This document shows, one piece after another, positions 36,273 to 42,533 of a stretch of 42,533 nt of DNA. This stretch comes from Perkinsus olseni (Eukaryota): contig JABANN010000287.1 of assembly GCA_013115125.1 (NCBI GenBank), positions 1-42,533 on the forward strand, written 5' to 3'. Within the stretch, counting starts at the first letter, position 1; every line of letters begins with the position of its first letter. The translations under genes and the position numbers were made by a program. Below the pieces are notes generated by a model. It saw nothing but the letters and a program-made list of their open reading frames with translations. It was not told the origin of the DNA and did no database searches.

Positions 36273-37700
36273 CTAGTTTACCCTGGCCCAACTCGCCTCA
36301 GCTATCGCCTGTTTGATTGCGACGTCGGGTCGAAGGAGCCCATACGACATCTCGTCCCCTGCCTTCGTCCTGACTCGGCCCTCAGTAGAGTTCAATAGTA
36401 TCCTCTCGATTTCCTGCGGCGTGAAGTTCTTGAAACTTTTCATCAATACCACTATGCCTGCAGCAGCTGCTGCGGCAGCCGATGAGCCCCAGCTCTTGCC
36501 ATACACCCAGTGATCCCCGTCATACTTTCTCGTCGGAACCACCACATCCGTCGAGGGCACTCCAAAGCTGGCAAGTTTGGAGGTGGCAGTCGTGAGGATA
36601 ACGGGTTCAGTCGCCACCGTCGCAGCGACACAGAGGACCCCAGGTAAACTATTTGCTAGAGAGCATGGAAGCCTCAGTTCGTCCAAGCTATTAGTATCAT
36701 CGGAATTGGCGGTAGGGGTCAGAACCACGATACCCTTGGCCACAGCCCTATTGAGTACAGCCTTATACAAGAGTGCCGTCTCCTGATCAAACTCACCGCC
36801 ACACGCAAATAATATAACCTCAGTGGCCTCTGAGTTCTGAGCTGCATCCCACGCCCGCAAAATCGCGGCATAGTCGGGATCTGATCGTCCCTGTGACATT
36901 CGTATTGGGAAAATTCTCACTTTATCAGCGATGCCAGCCATCCCGATCCCGTTGTTAATGTTCGCCCCGAGGATGCCGGCCATCGCCGTACCATGGCCAT
37001 GATGATCTTCCACAGACTTCTTCCATGACCAAGAAGCATCGAAGCCCTCCAGTACCTTCCCCTCGAATTCAGGATGCCCCGGTGTTATACCGCTATCCAA
37101 GATAGCCACGACAACATCTCTCCGAGGGGGACCTGATTGTCTTACTGCCCCCCAGGCTTCCCTAATCCTCAGCGCCTCGAATAATATTTCCTGGTCTATA
37201 AAGTACGGATCATTCGGAGGATATTTCAACGCATCCTGATACGTCTCGCGAGTCGAACCACGTGACGCGATTGAGGCCCCCGCTCCAGCATGCCCCGTTT
37301 CGAATGAAGCCAACTGCGAGCCATTCGCGCATGCCGCTACCTCGTAGCTCCCATCAGATGCAATCGAGCGGACGAAGCGGCATATGTCCACGTGGGAGAC
37401 CGGGCAACCCTCACTCCCAGCGTGAACGACTTGCACGTCGATAGCTACCAAATCTTCTATCACGGTCGACTTCTTCGCCCCTCCGAAGCATTTCGATAAC
37501 CGATCCCATTCGCCGTCCAATATTCCCTTTTCCTTAATGAGGTCACGGTGGAGGTGGAAAGCCTCCTCAATACCGACTCGTTTGCCGCGAGAATCTCGTA
37601 TCATAACCACCGCTGTGTCGTGCTGTACTGAGAGTACAGCCAGCAGGAACAGAATAATCAGCACTGCCGGTAAACGAAGGAGAGAGAACTCGTGTAGCAC
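36273..37700 (-). CDS. Subtilisin-like serine protease (S8), intronless, copy B; GTG at the homologous start
   Basis: Hydrophobic N-terminus, YPPNDP, VAILDSG (Asp), HGHGTAMAG (His), TANS (oxyanion Asn) and WGSSAAAAAAAG (Ser). 1428 bp, collinear with copy A. Confidence 0.9.
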   Translation of the reverse strand: MLHEFSLLRLPAVLIILFLLAVLSVQHDTAVVMIRDSRGKRVGIEEAFHLHRDLIKEKGILDGEWDRLSKCFGGAKKSTVIEDLVAIDVQVVHAGSEGCPVSHVDICRFVRSIASDGSYEVAACANGSQLASFETGHAGAGASIASRGSTRETYQDALKYPPNDPYFIDQEILFEALRIREAWGAVRQSGPPRRDVVVAILDSGITPGHPEFEGKVLEGFDASWSWKKSVEDHHGHGTAMAGILGANINNGIGMAGIADKVRIFPIRMSQGRSDPDYAAILRAWDAAQNSEATEVILFACGGEFDQETALLYKAVLNRAVAKGIVVLTPTANSDDTNSLDELRLPCSLANSLPGVLCVAATVATEPVILTTATSKLASFGVPSTDVVVPTRKYDGDHWVYGKSWGSSAAAAAAAGIVVLMKSFKNFTPQEIERILLNSTEGRVRTKAGDEMSYGLLRPDVAIKQAIAEASWARVN

Positions 37701-37920
37701 TGCCAGACTGCTATTTCATAAGGGCACAGCTGAGTCGAACAAGATGGAACACAATTGCGGCTTAACCCGTCCGATACTGCACACACCATCGAGCTCGGTC
37801 CCTTGAGAACGCACTTCTGAACTTGCACGGGACGACTCACCATCACCAGATATAACATGGAAAACACAGCCACAGCGTACAGAAGGCCATACATCACATA
37901 AGCGCGATGCCAACTAAAAA

Positions 37921-39348
37921 CTAGGCTATCTGAGACCACATTGCCTCAGCTATCGCCTGTTTGATTGCGACGTCGGGTCGAAGGAGCCCATACGACATCT
38001 CGTCCCCGGCCTTCGTCCTGACTCGGCCCTCAGTAGAATTCAACAGTATCCTCTCAATTTTCATCGGCGTGAAGTTCTTAAAACTTTTCATCAACACCAC
38101 TATTCCCGCGGCAGCTGCTGCAGCAACCGATGACCCTTGGCCCTTCGCGTAGCGCCAAACATCCCCGTCGCGTATTGGCGTCGGGTATGTGACGTTGGTG
38201 CCAGGCATGCCGAGACTAGCAAGCTTCGTAGCATCACCCAAGGCAGTGAGGGGATCGCTTGTCACTGTCGCTGCGATGCAAAGGACTCCCGATACTCCGT
38301 GGGCTAGAGCGCAGGGCAGCTCCACTTCCTCTGGGCCGTCGACATTGTCAGAATTAGGAGCAGCCGTGAGAACTAGAATTCCATTCTTCACGGCTTTCTC
38401 CAGTACAAGCTTGTAGAATATAGATCTGTCCTGGTCGAACCAGCCTCCAGCAGAATAGAGTATAATGTCGGTATCCGCGAACATAAGGGCTGCCTCCCAT
38501 GCACGCACCACCCTCTCGAACGCGGCTTCCGTTCCCTTCTCTGACATCCTTATCGGTCGGACCAGAACCTTATCCGCGATGCCAGCGATTCCGAACCCAT
38601 TGTTAATATTGGAGGCAATGATACCGGCCATCGCCGTACCGTGGCCAAAGTGATCCACTACCGACTTCCTCCAGGTACCAGAAGCATCGTGTCCCTCCAG
38701 TACCTTCCCCTCGAATTCAGGATGCCCCGGTGTTATACCGCTATCCAAGATAGCTACGACAACGTCTTTCCGAGGGAGACCCGATCGTCTCACAGCTTTC
38801 CAAGTTTGCCGAATTCCCAGAGCTCTGAAGTAATCTCTTTGCTCTGAGAATAACGGGTCATTCGGAGGGTATTTTAGTACACTACAATACGCTCTCAAGC
38901 TAGCCTCAGCTCCGACCATCGAGGCATCTGCCCCCGCTGAGCTCATTCTGAAGGAACTAGGCTCCAACCCGTCCGTGCATGCAGCTACCGTGTAGTTCAA
39001 ATCGGGCTTGAGGGACTTTACGAAGTTGCAAATCCCCTCATGAGATGTCGGACACTCCAAACTGCCAGCGTGGACAATTTGAATGCCGGTTGTCTCCAAC
39101 TTCTCTATCACAGCCGACTCCTCGTCGCATCGTAAGCACTTCGACAATCGAATTGATTCCCCGTCCGACGATCTCTTTTCCCCCATTACCTCTCGATGCT
39201 TGCGGAAAGCATCTTCTATGCCGACTCGTTCGCCGCGAGAATCTCGTATCATAACCACCGCTGTGTCGTGCTGTACTGAGAGTACAGCCAGTAGGAGTAC
39301 AATAATCAGCACTGCCGGTAAACGTAGGAAGGAGGACTCGCGTGGCAT
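37921..39348 (-). CDS. Subtilisin-like serine protease (S8), intronless, copy A
   Basis: ATG at 39348 (MPRESSFLRLPAVLIIVLLLAVLS), VAILDSG, FGHGTAMAG, APNS and QGSSVAAAAAAG. 1428 bp, offset 1648 bp from copy B. Confidence 0.93.
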   Translation of the reverse strand: MPRESSFLRLPAVLIIVLLLAVLSVQHDTAVVMIRDSRGERVGIEDAFRKHREVMGEKRSSDGESIRLSKCLRCDEESAVIEKLETTGIQIVHAGSLECPTSHEGICNFVKSLKPDLNYTVAACTDGLEPSSFRMSSAGADASMVGAEASLRAYCSVLKYPPNDPLFSEQRDYFRALGIRQTWKAVRRSGLPRKDVVVAILDSGITPGHPEFEGKVLEGHDASGTWRKSVVDHFGHGTAMAGIIASNINNGFGIAGIADKVLVRPIRMSEKGTEAAFERVVRAWEAALMFADTDIILYSAGGWFDQDRSIFYKLVLEKAVKNGILVLTAAPNSDNVDGPEEVELPCALAHGVSGVLCIAATVTSDPLTALGDATKLASLGMPGTNVTYPTPIRDGDVWRYAKGQGSSVAAAAAAGIVVLMKSFKNFTPMKIERILLNSTEGRVRTKAGDEMSYGLLRPDVAIKQAIAEAMWSQIA

Positions 39349-40231
39349 TCTGAGGGCATTCAAAACATAAAAGCCCCGCTGAAATGGATAAGCAGAAACC
39401 CGACCGCGGGTTGCTCCAGCTTATACGAAGTGTATCATCACCTGCGAATTACGATTATTCCAGCGATCGACAGTTTCGTCCCTCGGCCTCGCGATGCTCA
39501 GGATAATCAAAATGTATTCATCGATCAGAACTGTTACCCAGGGCAACGAGATCCCCTGCTGAAGATGCTTCCTTCAAACTGTTGAGTAGAGACGGAATGA
39601 TTCACGTCTGAAATGGTAGATCCTGGCAAGTTACAAGTGTTCCTTGGAGATTGTACTTCTCCCTTGGAGGTTAGGAATTAACCATCGATGACTACAAACT
39701 GTGCAGAATGTCCCTGCGGCAGTGCAGCACAACCGCTAATAGCCGTCGTGATCGCTGGAGTAGATAGGGCGAGCACGGGTTTTCGTGCGCCACGTGCGTA
39801 GACCATGTGCGGACCCCCTTTGGTTCATAGACAATAGCTCTTCTGCTGGCTAGGATGACGAGGATCCCGTACGGCGTACGCCCGTCGAACACAACTCTTT
39901 TTATACATCCATTTCATCGTCTTTACCAACGCATACTGCGTCCTGCACGGCAGGAACGCAAGCGGGGCGAACAACTTGGCGCACGCCCCAGAGCAGGCAA
40001 AAATTTTCGCGCACGCCCGAAATTCCTGCTTTATACGATTGACTCGGGTCGAATTGACACGCCCTTCGCGAGCCGCTCGTCAGTCTTGCCAGCGGGTTCC
40101 GAACAAGGATCGTTTGGACGCAAACTTTTGAGGCGATCCGAGAATCTCGGGGAGAGACTTTGTATAGCACGACTGTGCCAGAAGTACCACTAGGTCAGCG
40201 GCAAGAACATCAATGAGGATCCTATCCCGGG

Positions 40232-40278
40232 GTAGGGATGTTCTTCATTGCAGCCGCTGCAATGAAGAACATCCCTAC
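40232..40278. repeat. Perfect palindrome, 23-bp arms, 1-nt centre
   Basis: GTAGGGATGTTCTTCATTGCAGC-C-GCTGCAATGAAGAACATCCCTAC. Confidence 0.97.
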
Positions 40279-40697
40279 GCTGCGATGCAGCGTGTCACCC
40301 GGGCGCAACTGTCATAAATGAATAACGGCTTGGGAATGGCATTGATGAGCCTTGAAACTGAGAGTAGCTTTTCGGTGAATTATCATGCTAGACAGTTGAA
40401 GACGTGCTGAACAATGATAAACGACTTGGTCTGGGACTTTGTGTGAGACCTAGCCTATGTCATCTAGGTCACGGTGACGTGTCGGCCATGATATGGGGTC
40501 AATGCCTCGGCCAGCCTGTCGAACATCGAGGAGGCGTCAGTCCATGACTCGAAAAGTATATGCATCTGAAAGGACGAAGACAAGACTGTTCTCATGCTTC
40601 TAACGTTCGACCGAGCTGAGACGCCAGTTCAAGACGCTGTGTGACAACATCTCATTCCACGACGTATGAATGTTGTTTTACTGATAACCCACATGAG

Positions 40698-40792
40698 ATA
40701 AACTCTCCTTAACTTATCCCTCTTGAAACAATGTACATCGGTGCTAATTTGACTTAGCCGGTTCTCGGCGTCGGGCTTGAACTCCTACACAC
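40698..40792 (-). mobile_element. Dispersed short repeat (SINE-like), copy 4, with a Pol III B-box-like motif
   Basis: The minus strand reads GTGTGTAGGAGTTCAAGCCCGACGCCGAGAACCGGCTAAGTCAAATTAGCACCGATGTACATTGTTTCAAGAGGGATAAGTT. GTTCAAGCC fits GTTCRANNC. Confidence 0.7.
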
Positions 40793-42377
40793 GAGATTTT
40801 GCCCCTCGAGCGGATGCCCAATCAGCAGGCAATAGCCCGATGAAAGCTTCCTTCTCACACTCTACGAGTACCTGTGTGGGTGCTACCAGCGACAATGAAC
40901 TCGAAAACCGAGACTCGGAGCCCTGAAGGAGGTCGTTTTTCGAAATCGCCAAATAGCACGTAAGTCAGTAAGTACACAGAGCAATTGGCGGGTAACTTAC
41001 CCGGGGTAAGCCTACAGTGATCCGAAGTTATTTCCCAGAGAGACGGATATGTGTTCATTAAACCACTATTGAACATCTTGGAATCTTATTTCTGAGAGCG
41101 AGTGGGCAGGCATGAGTGACGCTGATAACAGTGCTTAGACGGCCGCCCTAGCACTAAGTGGCGGTCCTCACCTCCTGTAAACCCTCTGAGTCAAGACTCC
41201 TGTCAGCCGCTCGCTTAGTGCACTCCAGCTTCGCCAGTTCCTCGACTTCCGGCGAACCTTGCTGATGATGCTCGCGAACGTATGACCCCTGTGAAAAACC
41301 AAGAGTTCTTGTTCAAGGTCTCACACAAGGCGGCATTGGAGAGAACGGTGACCACTTTCGGGACCAAAGCCTGCTTAGCGTCGCTAAGTTAGTGAGAGGC
41401 CGCCCCAACTGCAGTAAGCCGAGTAAAATCGACAAGCATGCCTGGCCATGAAGTGAAGGCGATAACCAGGCCTACCGTCGGCTCTTGAATGGCTCCCGTC
41501 CTCCCTGGAAAAATGAACTGCGAGTTGAACGATACTATCAGAGCAAAAAGGGTGTCTGAGAATCTTTCCGCGGAAACTTTCGCGGAAAGTTTCCAAGGGA
41601 AATTTCCTAAATTTTCCGGGCGCCAGATTTTTTTGGAAAGTTTCCTGAAGGGACTTTTTGAAAGTAAGGGAATTTCAACGCAGGAGATCTGGCTCATCAT
41701 CCTGCGCAGCTCCGTGAAGCGTGAGATAGGTTCCTCAGACTCTGCATGTCACGTGACAAGACATGTAAAGTGGGAGGAACATAGCTATCCGTTTGATCTG
41801 GTCTGAACATGGGAGCTGGTGGATTCTCCACAATCCACAACCACGATCTAACGACATATGATATGTCACCTATCGCAAATGTAGAAATTTGCATTCCCGT
41901 GGGGCACTTTTCCGCCCAAACCAGAATGTTCACTAGTTTGCAACCCTCGTAGAAGCATTACGGAGTGTCTGCTCTGAAAGACTGAAAAATTTCTTTTCGC
42001 AAGACCTCTGAATACCCAGAGTCCCAGGCTTCGTTCCTACTACTCCAAACGGAGCCTTCGGCCCCGGGTTCCTATCGGTGTTCGCGAGAGGCTCTCACCG
42101 ACAGCCGAGAAAGCCTTGGACCTAGCTGGGAGCATCCGAAACGGCATAGATACCGTTTTTCGCAAATTTCAGAAACTTTCGGAAATTTCTGGAAAAATTC
42201 CGGGAAAGATTCTTCGGGAACTTTCCGCGATTTCGGGAGTACTTTTCTCACACCTTCGGATTACCTTTTTAAAACTGAGGGAAAAACCGCGAACGCAGTT
42301 CGCGAGAATTCGCAAAATCTAGAATACCACTAGGCTTCACAGGGGACTTCATTCTCTTCGTTTACTATGACTTTAAG

Positions 42378-42432
42378 AGGCTCCACAGGCGGGATTTTTG
42401 TTGAATCAACAAAAATCCCGCCTGTGGAGCCT
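42378..42432. repeat. Perfect palindrome, 27-bp arms, 1-nt centre
   Basis: AGGCTCCACAGGCGGGATTTTTGTTGA-A-TCAACAAAAATCCCGCCTGTGGAGCCT. Confidence 0.97.
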
Positions 42433-42464
42433 TGCCGATCGACGGCTACTAACCATAGTTAAAC

Positions 42465-42533
42465 TACAGGGTGTTCCAATTCGATATGCAAATCACAAAA
42501 ATCAGTCTAATTCAGCACATACTACGTGTTTGA
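42465..42533 (+). mobile_element. Possible left end of a Tc1/mariner-type element or MITE, running off the window
   Basis: TA followed by CAGGGTGTTCCAATT, a typical Tc1/mariner-superfamily terminus. The partner TIR is not in the window. Confidence 0.4.

Noticed and set aside
40760-40850. Intact tRNA gene on the minus strand
   Set aside because: Only a B-box/T-arm-like part is present and no convincing cloverleaf forms. It is treated as part of the dispersed repeat.
1-42533. CRISPR array, prokaryotic operon or defence system
   Set aside because: The DNA is spliceosomal-intron-rich and eukaryotic. No regularly spaced repeat-spacer array is present. The three 14-bp repeats at 34826-34907 are too short and irregular.

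Overview
Gene-dense, intron-rich eukaryotic DNA with many 40-90 nt GT-AG introns and about 50% GC. The style and the tandem intronless subtilisins suggest a perkinsid alveolate (Perkinsus-like); this is an inference. The ORF track is fragmented by introns, so genes were rebuilt by hand. Well-supported genes: a coiled-coil + two-SH3 protein (-), prohibitin-2 (+), a CWC27-type cyclophilin (+), a spliced 2OG-Fe(II) dioxygenase (+), a FUN14 protein (+), an RRM protein (+) with a damaged partial copy, a small secreted protein (-), a WD40 protein (-), an intronless 2OG-Fe(II) dioxygenase (-) and two tandem S8 subtilisins (-). Several further genes are unclassified. The main unexplained signal is non-coding. 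Five unrelated perfect palindromes (15-27 bp arms) all have exactly one unpaired central base. Several short palindromes of the same geometry are chained together. One intronic insertion is built from copies of its own 8-bp flanking duplication. Together these look like scars of a hairpin- or snap-back-based DNA repair or excision process. Also present: a four-copy tRNA-SINE-like repeat, a probable Mutator transposase remnant and a possible Tc1/mariner end. No CRISPR array, rRNA or intact tRNA was recognised.
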